Positions 10,675 to 18,157 of a stretch of DNA of 64,000 nucleotides are shown here, piece by piece. The position numbers and the translations under genes were made by a program. The notes below the pieces were generated by a model that saw nothing but the letters and a program-made list of their open reading frames with translations, searched no databases and was not told the origin of the DNA. Position 1 is the stretch's first letter; the number at the start of each line of letters is the position of its first letter. Source of the stretch: Clostridia bacterium (GTDB lineage Bacteria; Bacillota; Clostridia; Oscillospirales; CAG-272); NCBI GenBank assembly GCA_017621755.1, contig JAGASL010000006.1, forward strand, positions 26,727-90,726, read 5' to 3'.

Positions 10675-11304
10675 TTATAAATAATCAAAACGCGCGCCTT
10701 CCTCTAAAACAATGGCACGCCCGCCTGAGATTTCTGTCACCTGCTGGCAAAATTCCTCTTTCTTTTCTGCCAGCATAGCCACGTGAACGGTCACGTCTGC
10801 TGCAAAATCGGTATCATCTACACGGATCCCCTCTGCCTGCAGCAGGGGCGAGAGCCTTTGATAATCCGCGTAGGTAGAAATCATCGCCAGCATCTCCAGC
10901 TTGGCACGGGTAACGATTCCTCCGGCCTCTACCGCCATTCTTGCCGCTTGCGTATACGCGCGGACCAAGCCGCCAGTACCCAACAGCGTTCCGCCGAAGT
11001 ATCGCGTTACCACGATGATCGTATCGGTGATCTCACCCTTGCGCAGCACGTCCAGCACCGGCAAGCCGGCAGTTCCCTGCGGCTCTCGGTCGTCACTATA
11101 CCGCATAGTACCGTTTTCACGCAAAACGTAGGCGTATACGTTGTGCGTGGCATCCGGATAGGTGGAACGGATCTCACTTAAAAAAGCCAGCGCCTCTTCC
11201 TCGTTTGAAACCGGCAAGGCATGCCCTATAAAGATCGATTTCTTTTCTTCAAACGTTTCCTGCGCTCTGTTTTTGATGGTTTTATAGGTAGTCTGCATCC
11301 TCAT
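10675..11304 (-). CDS. yigZ: YigZ/IMPACT family protein
   Basis: KKSIF, ATHNVYAY, SDDREPQGTAG and VTRYFGGTLLGTGGLVRAY motifs. The start may be the second ATG at 11298. Confidence 0.93.
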   Translation of the reverse strand: MRMQTTYKTIKNRAQETFEEKKSIFIGHALPVSNEEEALAFLSEIRSTYPDATHNVYAYVLRENGTMRYSDDREPQGTAGLPVLDVLRKGEITDTIIVVTRYFGGTLLGTGGLVRAYTQAARMAVEAGGIVTRAKLEMLAMISTYADYQRLSPLLQAEGIRVDDTDFAADVTVHVAMLAEKKEEFCQQVTEISGGRAIVLEEGARFDYL

Positions 11305-12586
11305 CCTCCATCGTTAGAGCGCGATCCTGCTCGTCTAAATAGGCACGAAATTGCCCCAGGCCTCGCTTATCAAGAACTGCCACCAGCACAACGCCGTTTT
11401 CTTCATACGATATACTTTCAACCGTGCCGTAATGGTAAACAGCGCTCACGCGCCCCTGCTCGGTATATGGGAAGCACAGGCGCACACGCTTCTTTTCCTG
11501 CCGCACGATGGAAAGCAGCCGCTCAAGCAGCGAGTCTACACCGTAGCCCGTTCTTGCGGAGATATAAACGGTATCCTCGCGCTCCTGCAAGGCGTTCATA
11601 AGCTCCGGAACGCAATCGCATTTATTAAACACGTACAAAATAGGCTTTTCTCCAGCACCAAGCTCCTCAAGCAGCTGCTCGGTAACCGCCAGATGCGCCT
11701 CCCCCTCCGGGTCGGTCGCATCAATCAGCACCAGCAAAATATCCGCATAGGCAGCCTCTTCAAGTGTAGAGCGAAAGGCCTTGATGAGATGGTGGGGCAG
11801 TTTGCGAATAAAGCCGACCGTATCCGTTAGCAGCAGGCTTTCACCATCCTCTAACTCCAGGCGCCTGGTCGTAGGGTCCAGCGTAGCAAAAAGCTTGTCC
11901 TCGGAAAGCACGCCGGCATTGGTCAAATAGTTCAACAGGGTGGATTTACCGGCATTGGTATAGCCAACGATCGCCACCTTGGGAATACCTGAACGATCGC
12001 GTGCCGCACGCATGGTAGCGCGCGTGCTCTCCATTTCTTCCAGTTGTGCCTCTAAGGCATCAATGCGCCGCTTCATATGGCGGCGGTCGCTTTCTAACTG
12101 TGTTTCACCCGGGCCACGCGTACCAATGGTGCCGCCAAGACGAGAAAGCTCGGTTCCGTGCCCGGTTAGGCGCGGCGCGGTATATTTTAGCTGCGCCAGC
12201 TCAACCTGCAGCTTGCCCTCTCCGCTGGTGGCATGCAGCGCAAAGATATCTAAGATCAGCATGCTGCGGTCGATGACGCGCACGTCACCAAGATCATCCT
12301 CTAAGTTGCGGATCTGAGAGGGGGAAAGATCAAAATCGAACACCGCCAGATGAATATCTTCTTTTTGACAAAGATCCCCAAGCTCAGCCACCTTGCCGCT
12401 GCCAATGCAGGTACGCGCATTATAGGCGGCACGAACCTGCACCAGGCGCGCAAAGGCCTCGCCACCGGCGGTATCCAGCAGACGCTCCAGCTCGTCAAGG
12501 CTTACGTGGCATTCGGCAAGCCCGGCTTGATCGGGCGCGATGCCGACCAAGATCGCGCGCTGCGCAATATTTGCGTGTTCAGCCAT
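11282..12586 (-). CDS. hflX: Ribosome-splitting GTPase HflX
   Basis: EGKLQVELAQL, RGPGETQLE, GYTNAGKST, LFATLDPT, DTVGFI and NKCD motifs. Confidence 0.97.
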   Translation of the reverse strand: MAEHANIAQRAILVGIAPDQAGLAECHVSLDELERLLDTAGGEAFARLVQVRAAYNARTCIGSGKVAELGDLCQKEDIHLAVFDFDLSPSQIRNLEDDLGDVRVIDRSMLILDIFALHATSGEGKLQVELAQLKYTAPRLTGHGTELSRLGGTIGTRGPGETQLESDRRHMKRRIDALEAQLEEMESTRATMRAARDRSGIPKVAIVGYTNAGKSTLLNYLTNAGVLSEDKLFATLDPTTRRLELEDGESLLLTDTVGFIRKLPHHLIKAFRSTLEEAAYADILLVLIDATDPEGEAHLAVTEQLLEELGAGEKPILYVFNKCDCVPELMNALQEREDTVYISARTGYGVDSLLERLLSIVRQEKKRVRLCFPYTEQGRVSAVYHYGTVESISYEENGVVLVAVLDKRGLGQFRAYLDEQDRALTMEDEDADYL

Positions 12587-12605
12587 ATCAATCTCCTTTT
12601 GGAAG

Positions 12606-12638
12606 AAAAAGAGGACGCAGGCTGCGTCCTCTTTTTTT
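12606..12638 (-). terminator. Intrinsic terminator after rpmE
   Basis: AAAAAGAGGACGCAG / CTGCGTCCTCTTTTT near-perfect palindrome. Confidence 0.75.
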
Positions 12639-12649
12639 AGGTAACCAAA

Positions 12650-12853
12650 TTATTTGCTCATTGCAAGACGCTTCTTGAACTTATCAACGCGTCCGCCGGC
12701 ATCCACCAGCTTCTGCTTGCCGGTATAGAAAGGATGACAGTTGGAGCAAATTTCAACGTTCATGTCGCCCTTTACAGAACGGGTAACAACGGTAGCGCCA
12801 CAAGCACACTTGATCGTTGCTTCCTTATACTCGGGATGAATTCCTGCTTTCAT
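12650..12853 (-). CDS. rpmE: 50S ribosomal protein L31 (zinc-binding, C+ type)
   Basis: MKAGIHPEY...CACG...[13 protein letters not shown]...GGRVDKF. A TTGCAA-N17-TATAAT promoter lies just upstream (about 12905-12933). Confidence 0.98.
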   Translation of the reverse strand: MKAGIHPEYKEATIKCACGATVVTRSVKGDMNVEICSNCHPFYTGKQKLVDAGGRVDKFKKRLAMSK

Positions 12854-12951
12854 TTTTACACCTTCTTCACATAGTATTTGCCATGCTTAAATGCAGTACA
12901 CTTTATTATAACAGCATTTTTGCAAAATTGCAAGTCTTTTTTCAAAAAAAC

Positions 12952-13653
12952 TTATAATTTTTGCAATATTTGCTTTTTCAGGTCGGAAATGATCTTTTTT
13001 TCAAGCCTTGAAATGTAGGATTGCGATATGCCTAAGCTATCCGCCACCTCCTTCTGTGTCATTTCCCTGCCGTCACGCATCCCGTACCGCATCTCAATGA
13101 TCACGCGCTCGCGCTCGTCAAGCGCCGCAACAAGCGAGCGAACCAGCTTTCGCTCCTCCAGCTCTTCAATATCCTTGCAAACCGCATCCGCATCGCTGCC
13201 AAGAATATCGGAAAGAAGCAGCTCGTTACCATCCCAGTCCACATTCAGCGGCTCATCAAACGAGATCTCTCGCCTTTGCGCGCCGGTTTTGCGGATATAC
13301 ATCAAGATCTCGTTTTCAATGCAGCGCGAGGCGTAGGTAGCCAGCTTAATATTTTTGTCCGGCCGAAAGGTGTTGATCGCCTTCATCAGCCCCATCGTGC
13401 CGATCGATATCAGATCCTCGATGCCGATGCCGGTGCTTTCAAATTTCTTGGCTATAAACACGACCAGTCGCAGATTATGCTCGATCAAGACCGCGCGCTT
13501 GCTCTCATCATTGGCCAAGGCTGCCAATATCGCCTCCTCTTCCTCGCGCTCAAGCGGCGCCGGTAATACATCCGGCCCGTTGATGTAATAGATCTGCCCC
13601 CACGAGCGGCGCCGAAAAAGACGCGTAAACATTCTTTTCAACCAAGTCAACAC
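12952..13653 (-). CDS. sigE: Sporulation sigma factor, pro-sigma-E
   Basis: Basic amphipathic pro-sequence, [56 protein letters not shown] and [12 protein letters not shown]; directly after spoIIGA. Confidence 0.95.
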   Translation of the reverse strand: MLTWLKRMFTRLFRRRSWGQIYYINGPDVLPAPLEREEEEAILAALANDESKRAVLIEHNLRLVVFIAKKFESTGIGIEDLISIGTMGLMKAINTFRPDKNIKLATYASRCIENEILMYIRKTGAQRREISFDEPLNVDWDGNELLLSDILGSDADAVCKDIEELEERKLVRSLVAALDERERVIIEMRYGMRDGREMTQKEVADSLGISQSYISRLEKKIISDLKKQILQKL

Positions 13654-13665
13654 AACGATCGCCTC

Positions 13666-14538
13666 CTAACACAGAGAGGCCGGCACCAAGCCGCCATACC
13701 CTGCAAAATCCTTAATCTCATGCTCCGCAATGGCCAATATCGCATCTACGGCGTATTTGTTCTTTTCACAATCCTTACCATACAAATACACGTCATCCGG
13801 CAGATAGCCAACCAGCATCTGCTTTCCTACCGCGCCGCTTGCAAGCACCACACGCACCCTGCGGCGCAGGTGTAGCGGCAGTCTGCTTTCATCCATATTT
13901 TGGTGCAAGAAAGCAAGCACCTGCGGTGGTATAACAGCCAATGCCTCCTGCTCGCGCAGCAGGATGACCGGCTTGCCCGTGAGCGGATCCGCAAGCAAAT
14001 TGCCACTATCGACCAAGGCGCATACGGTGACGGCTTTATCCCCCACCCAGATCTCAACCATGATCTCACGCTTGCTTCGTTTTCGAGAAAGGATACGCCC
14101 ACAAGCAAATAGCAGGAGTGCGCTGACGGCTGCATATAAGAGAAACATCTCAGCTTTTTTTTCGCTATTGACCACATTAGTACTGCTTACCTCAAAAAAG
14201 GTAGAAAGAAAGCTGTAAAACGCGGTCAATATGCCGCCAAGCAGCAGGGCTGCGCCAAAAAAGGAAAGGAACAAGCTAAGCAGCATTCGCCCCCCTACCG
14301 GCGCATATGCGATCACGCATAGGCAAAACGCCATTAAAAAATGCACCACCAGCGTCCACCACCAGGAAAGCGCCGGCAGCAGGATCATCACGCCGTAAAT
14401 ACCGCCAATAAGGGCCGCAAGCACCAAGCGAAACGGCCTGCGTTTGATGCGCAAGAACCACCCTGCTGCAAATAAAACCAGAAAGTCTATACTGAAGTTG
14501 ACTAAGAACAAAACATCTCCATATACGACCTGCTGCAT
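13666..14538 (-). CDS. spoIIGA: Sigma-E processing aspartic peptidase SpoIIGA
   Basis: VYGDVLFLVNF.ID N-terminus, five TM-like segments, catalytic LVDSGNLL.DP.TG.PVI. AGGTGG RBS precedes the ATG at 14538. Confidence 0.92.
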   Translation of the reverse strand: MQQVVYGDVLFLVNFSIDFLVLFAAGWFLRIKRRPFRLVLAALIGGIYGVMILLPALSWWWTLVVHFLMAFCLCVIAYAPVGGRMLLSLFLSFFGAALLLGGILTAFYSFLSTFFEVSSTNVVNSEKKAEMFLLYAAVSALLLFACGRILSRKRSKREIMVEIWVGDKAVTVCALVDSGNLLADPLTGKPVILLREQEALAVIPPQVLAFLHQNMDESRLPLHLRRRVRVVLASGAVGKQMLVGYLPDDVYLYGKDCEKNKYAVDAILAIAEHEIKDFAGYGGLVPASLC

Positions 14539-14559
14539 ACGGCACCACCTTTCTTTTGC

Positions 14560-14592
14560 ATTATACAAAACAGTTGCTTAAAAATCTGTCAC
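14560..14592 (-). promoter_or_regulatory. Spo0A-dependent long-spacer sigma-A promoter of spoIIGA-sigE
   Basis: Minus strand GTGACA-N21-TATAAT, with a 0A-box-like TGTCACA overlapping the -35 on the opposite strand. Same architecture as the B. subtilis spoIIG and spoIIE promoters (21-22 bp spacer). Confidence 0.65.
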
Positions 14593-14622
14593 AAAAGGGC
14601 GGCTGCTTTCTGAAATTTTCTC

Positions 14623-14651
14623 TTGTATTTCGGCGAGATGCATGGTATAAT
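14623..14651 (+). promoter_or_regulatory. Sigma-A promoter of the glycoside hydrolase gene
   Basis: TTGTAT-N17-TATAAT with a TG extended -10. Confidence 0.65.
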
Positions 14652-14671
14652 CGAAAAAAGGAGGTGCCACT

Positions 14672-15601
14672 ATGGAAAGAATACCAGCCCCACGCCTAAA
14701 TGGCGAATACGTTACCATATATCATCCGCAAGGTGACGTTTATCAAGGTCGCGAGACCACACATTTCACCCCCGGCACACATTACGAAACGTGGGTGGCC
14801 AACGATTTCAGCCTGATCAAGCATCACGATTCCTATCATATGATAGGCATCACCCACCCGAAGCCCCCGCAATTTATTGATGAATTCAACCCGGGCGAGG
14901 GTGACTGCCATGAGGCCGAGGAGGTCCTCTTTCACGCAACGGCAAAGGGCAACACGTTTGCCGACCTGCTAAAGGACGGTGCCTTTACCGACCAAGCCAA
15001 GCTGCTCTACCCGCAGGAGCGGCCAGACGAGGTTCCCTTCATTCATGCACCGCACCTCACAAAAGCGAAAAACGGTCGTATTCGTATGATCTACGGCCCC
15101 AAATATATCCGCCTGGCAGAAACGGACGATTTTGTGAATTTTGAGCGCCGCACGCTATTTATTGACGGTGATACGGCGCGCGACCCGTTCCTGTTTGAGG
15201 AGGATGGCGTATTTACGGTGATCTATGCCGTAGAAAACCGCGTGGATTACCGCCAATCGACCGACCTGGTTCATTTTACCGAGGCACGCACGCTGCAAAT
15301 CAACCCCTTCGGCAACGAGGATGGCATTCTGGCTGCATCAGAATCCCCCTTCCTCTTTAAGCATGACGGCTTTTATTACCTGATGTGGGCGATCTATGAC
15401 GGCCGCCTTGGCGTTTATGACCACCGCACCTTTATCTTTGGCGCCAGAACGCTTGAGGGGCTGGCCAACAGTGCCCCGCTTACCATGCTGCCCGCCCACG
15501 CAGGCGAGATCTACGAGGACGAAAGCGGCATCTATCTCCTCTCAGCCTACCATCCGCAAAACGGTATCAGCGCGGTAGAGCTGAAATTTGAGTATCGATA
15601 A
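14672..15601 (+). CDS. Five-bladed beta-propeller glycoside hydrolase (GH32/GH43/GH68 clan-like), cytoplasmic
   Basis: WVANDF, HAPH, ARDPFLF and ASESPFLF motifs resemble the NDP/RDP/E catalytic triad. No signal peptide. AGGAGG RBS. Confidence 0.7.
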   Translation: MERIPAPRLNGEYVTIYHPQGDVYQGRETTHFTPGTHYETWVANDFSLIKHHDSYHMIGITHPKPPQFIDEFNPGEGDCHEAEEVLFHATAKGNTFADLLKDGAFTDQAKLLYPQERPDEVPFIHAPHLTKAKNGRIRMIYGPKYIRLAETDDFVNFERRTLFIDGDTARDPFLFEEDGVFTVIYAVENRVDYRQSTDLVHFTEARTLQINPFGNEDGILAASESPFLFKHDGFYYLMWAIYDGRLGVYDHRTFIFGARTLEGLANSAPLTMLPAHAGEIYEDESGIYLLSAYHPQNGISAVELKFEYR

Positions 15602-15660
15602 AAAAGAAAAAACGCCCAAGGGGTGCCTTCCATAAAGCAGGTTTACCTGCCGGAAATATC

Positions 15661-15737
15661 GTGGGGCGGGGGCTTGCTCCCGCCGAAAACAAACGATATA
15701 TGCCAAGAAAGCGGCGGGAGATGAACCCCCGCCCTAC
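15661..15737. repeat. GTAG/GTGG-type REP doublet (REPIN-like)
   Basis: GTGGGGCGGGGGCTTGCTCCCGCCG (15661-15685) and an inverted GTAGGGCGGGGGTTCATCTCCCGCCG (15712-15737), each internally palindromic, separated by 26 nt. Confidence 0.7.
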
Positions 15738-15740
15738 AAC

Positions 15741-15775
15741 AAAAGGAGTACGAGCAATTTGTTCGTACTCCTTTT
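15741..15775. terminator. Bidirectional terminator hairpin inside the cassette
   Basis: AAAAGGAGTACGAGC / GTTCGTACTCCTTTT. Confidence 0.7.
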
Positions 15776-15837
15776 CACACGCCTTGCCTGCAAGGTATAG
15801 CGTGTTATACTTTTTGTATACTGTCGGGCGATAATGA

Positions 15838-15958
15838 GCTCCCTTGTGTAAAGGGAGGTGGCACGGCTTGCCGTGACGGAGGGATTGTAAAAGCTAAAAG
15901 TTCTCGTATGACAATCCCTCAGCCGCCTTCGGTGTCAGCTCCCTTTACACAAGGGAGC
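15838..15958. repeat. 121-bp palindromic MITE/REP-like element
   Basis: Perfect 20-bp terminal IR GCTCCCTTGTGTAAAGGGAG / CTCCCTTTACACAAGGGAGC, inner IR GAGGGATTGT / ACAATCCCTC, plus small side hairpins. Confidence 0.75.
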
Positions 15959-16040
15959 CTTTCTTTATGTTCATCTATAACTTGTCAATTTTCCTGACAA
16001 GCACTGCTTTTGTGGACACAAATGCAACCAAGAGATCGTG

Positions 16041-17084
16041 TTATGGTACAATTAACGCCTTAAAACCCTCTGTTTCTCTGATAGGATCAAAGCAACGGTT
16101 GTTATTCAAGCAGCGAATGAAATCATCAACATCGGTTATATCGGAATCGGTAACAGGATGCTCTTGTTCGACAAGTGAAAATAGCGGAGCTGTGAATCTT
16201 ATCTTTCTTTGGTGATTTATTTTTGTCATTTCTTCCGCATGGTATCTCGCTTTTTTCAGTTCTTCCAACACGCGATCATATTGATGCACTCTGCAAAAAT
16301 GAAAGGCTTTGCTGATGCAATTATATTGCAAGGTGTTATGGTAGTATTGAAAATTGCCGTCGGGGAACATAATATTCAGTATTTTTTCAATGGCATCAAA
16401 TGCTTCTATGGAGGTTTGACCAAATTTTAATTGAAACAGAAAATCATACAGCTTTGTGTTTGTTAGGTGCTGACAATGTTTTTTCTTTTCTTCGCCATCC
16501 AAGCACCAACAAAGCAGGTCGTCTCTCTTCTCCTCATTCTCCTCTAATAAAGCATATTTCTTTGCTTCCTCTTTCTTATGATTAGAACTCAGCGAAAGAA
16601 CGATGCCGTGCAATGCTTTCTCGTATAAATTTGAATCCTTGGTGTTATCCAAAACCAATTTATAATGTTTGGCAGAGCTTTCAAGCAAACGCGCATATTC
16701 ACTCTCATCCGCTATTGGCATGGCAACATAATATTCTGCCGATGCCAACCATTCCACATATTCCATATTTCCGGGATATTCGGCAACGGCACGCACGGCA
16801 ATTTGATAATTCTTTTCTTTATCGTCATGTTCCCAATATTTGTGGAATGCTTTGTCAAATTCTTCTTTCCGCAAATCTTTTTGATATGTTTCCATTCCAA
16901 GCAGATAATCAGTGGTTACGTTGAACAAATTGGCAAGCGGAGGCAATAGAGAAATGTCAGGCATAGCAACATCCGTTTCCCAACGGCTAACCGCTTGCGG
17001 TGAGATAGAAAGAAGCTCGGCGAGGTTTTCCTGTGTCATATTTGCTTCTCGGCGAAGCAATTTTATCGTTTGTCCAAATGACAT
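16041..17084 (-). CDS. XRE-family helix-turn-helix regulator with a helical (TPR-like) C-terminal domain
   Basis: IKLLRREANMTQENLAELLSISPQAVSRWET..AMPDISLLP.LA.LFNVTTDYLLG (HTH_3). AGGAG RBS. AT-rich codon usage. Confidence 0.9.
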   Translation of the reverse strand: MSFGQTIKLLRREANMTQENLAELLSISPQAVSRWETDVAMPDISLLPPLANLFNVTTDYLLGMETYQKDLRKEEFDKAFHKYWEHDDKEKNYQIAVRAVAEYPGNMEYVEWLASAEYYVAMPIADESEYARLLESSAKHYKLVLDNTKDSNLYEKALHGIVLSLSSNHKKEEAKKYALLEENEEKRDDLLCWCLDGEEKKKHCQHLTNTKLYDFLFQLKFGQTSIEAFDAIEKILNIMFPDGNFQYYHNTLQYNCISKAFHFCRVHQYDRVLEELKKARYHAEEMTKINHQRKIRFTAPLFSLVEQEHPVTDSDITDVDDFIRCLNNNRCFDPIRETEGFKALIVP

Positions 17085-17129
17085 ATATATGGTTCTCCTA
17101 ACTTTGTTACTTGACCGGTCTGTGATTAT

Positions 17130-17179
17130 ATTATAGCCGTTTTTGATTATTTGTCCACCTCTCGCTGGTTGAGAGGGTG
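17130..17179 (-). promoter_or_regulatory. Promoter and candidate auto-operator of the XRE gene
   Basis: Minus strand TGGACA-N16-TATAAT. Imperfect IR CACCTCTC...GAGAGGGTG (17156-17179) abuts the -35. Confidence 0.45.
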
Positions 17180-17209
17180 TAAATTGAAAATTGAGTAAAG
17201 TATATAAAT

Positions 17210-17241
17210 TTGGCGTACCTGCTTTATCGCAGGTACGCCAA
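17210..17241. terminator. 13-bp hairpin at the right end of the cassette (terminator for apbC and/or subterminal palindrome)
   Basis: TTGGCGTACCTGC-TTTATC-GCAGGTACGCCAA. Confidence 0.6.
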
Positions 17242-17261
17242 GGGTGTTTTTTCTTTTTATT

Positions 17262-18122
17262 TTACTTCGGCAGCTTTTCGCCGTTGGTAGCGCGCTCAAC
17301 AGCATCGGCTACCGGCTCGAAGTATTCTGCCTCCATCAGCTCGATCACGCCCTTGTCGCAAAGCGAGGAAAGCTCGGGGTCGATCGGCAGCTTACCAAGC
17401 ACGGGAATATGCCGTGCGGCGGCAAATTCATCAATACCGCTATCGCCAAACAGCTTGTGCTCCTTGCCGCAATCGGGGCAACGGAAGTAGCTCATATTCT
17501 CTACGATGCCGAGAATACGGATGCCCATCAGATTGGCCATATTGACAGCCTTATCCACGATCATGGATACCAGCTGCTGCGGCGATGTAACGATCACGAT
17601 ACCGTCAAGCGGCAGGCTCTGGAATACCGTCAGCGGTACGTCACCCGTTCCGGGAGGCATATCTACGAACATGTAGTCTACCTCGTTCCAGCAGGTATCC
17701 GTCCAGAACTGCTTGACCATGCCGGCGATCACCGGGCCGCGCCAAACAACGGGCTTGCTCTCTTCATCCAGCAGCAGGTTGGTAGATACTACCTCAATGC
17801 CGGTCTTGGTCTGTGCCGGGAACATGCCCATCTCCGAGCCCTCCAGCTGCACGCCGCGCAGGCCAAAGGCACGCGGGATCGAGGGGCCGGTAATATCGGC
17901 ATCCAGCACCGCCGTCTTATAGCCACGGCGATTCATCAACGTAGCCAGCGCACAGGTAACGGTGGATTTACCAACGCCGCCCTTACCGCTGACAACGCCG
18001 ATCACACGCTTGACGTTGCTGGCCGCATTTTGCGGCGCAAGCAGATCGGTATTCTTCTGCCCCTTCTCGCGCGAAGCGCAATTACTGGAGCAGGTGCTAC
18101 AATTATGTGTACACTCACTCAT
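17262..18122 (-). CDS. Mrp/NBP35 (ApbC) Fe-S cluster carrier ATPase
   Basis: N-terminal CTHNCSTCSSNC, SGKGGVGKST, DADITGPS, WRGP, DMPPGTGD and ENMSYF.CPDCG motifs. Confidence 0.95.
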   Translation of the reverse strand: MSECTHNCSTCSSNCASREKGQKNTDLLAPQNAASNVKRVIGVVSGKGGVGKSTVTCALATLMNRRGYKTAVLDADITGPSIPRAFGLRGVQLEGSEMGMFPAQTKTGIEVVSTNLLLDEESKPVVWRGPVIAGMVKQFWTDTCWNEVDYMFVDMPPGTGDVPLTVFQSLPLDGIVIVTSPQQLVSMIVDKAVNMANLMGIRILGIVENMSYFRCPDCGKEHKLFGDSGIDEFAAARHIPVLGKLPIDPELSSLCDKGVIELMEAEYFEPVADAVERATNGEKLPK

Positions 18123-18157
18123 ATTTTACCTCTTATCTTTTCGCCGTTTTGGCGTTT

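Larger units (their letters stand above)
15616..17244. mobile_element. Putative non-autonomous integrative cassette inserted in the loop of a bidirectional terminator
   Basis: CCAAGGG direct repeat at 15616-15622 and 17238-17244. The flanks rejoin into a terminator palindrome. The inner ends are inverted repeats (ATAAAGCAGGT / ACCTGCTTTAT). Cargo is AT-richer than the neighbouring genes. Confidence 0.6.

Noticed and set aside
15620-16001. Hairpin cluster considered as a CRISPR array or riboswitch
   Set aside because: No repeat-spacer periodicity and no cas genes. It lies downstream of convergent genes rather than in a leader, and I recognise no riboswitch consensus.
16012-17158. GTGGACA / TGTCCAC 7-bp inverted pair flanking the XRE gene
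   Set aside because: Too short to distinguish from chance, and one copy is the promoter -35.
15620-17239. Tn3-family interpretation of the cassette (left end starts GGGG)
   Set aside because: The right end reads GGCG, there is no 5-bp target duplication and no 38-bp Tn3-like IR.
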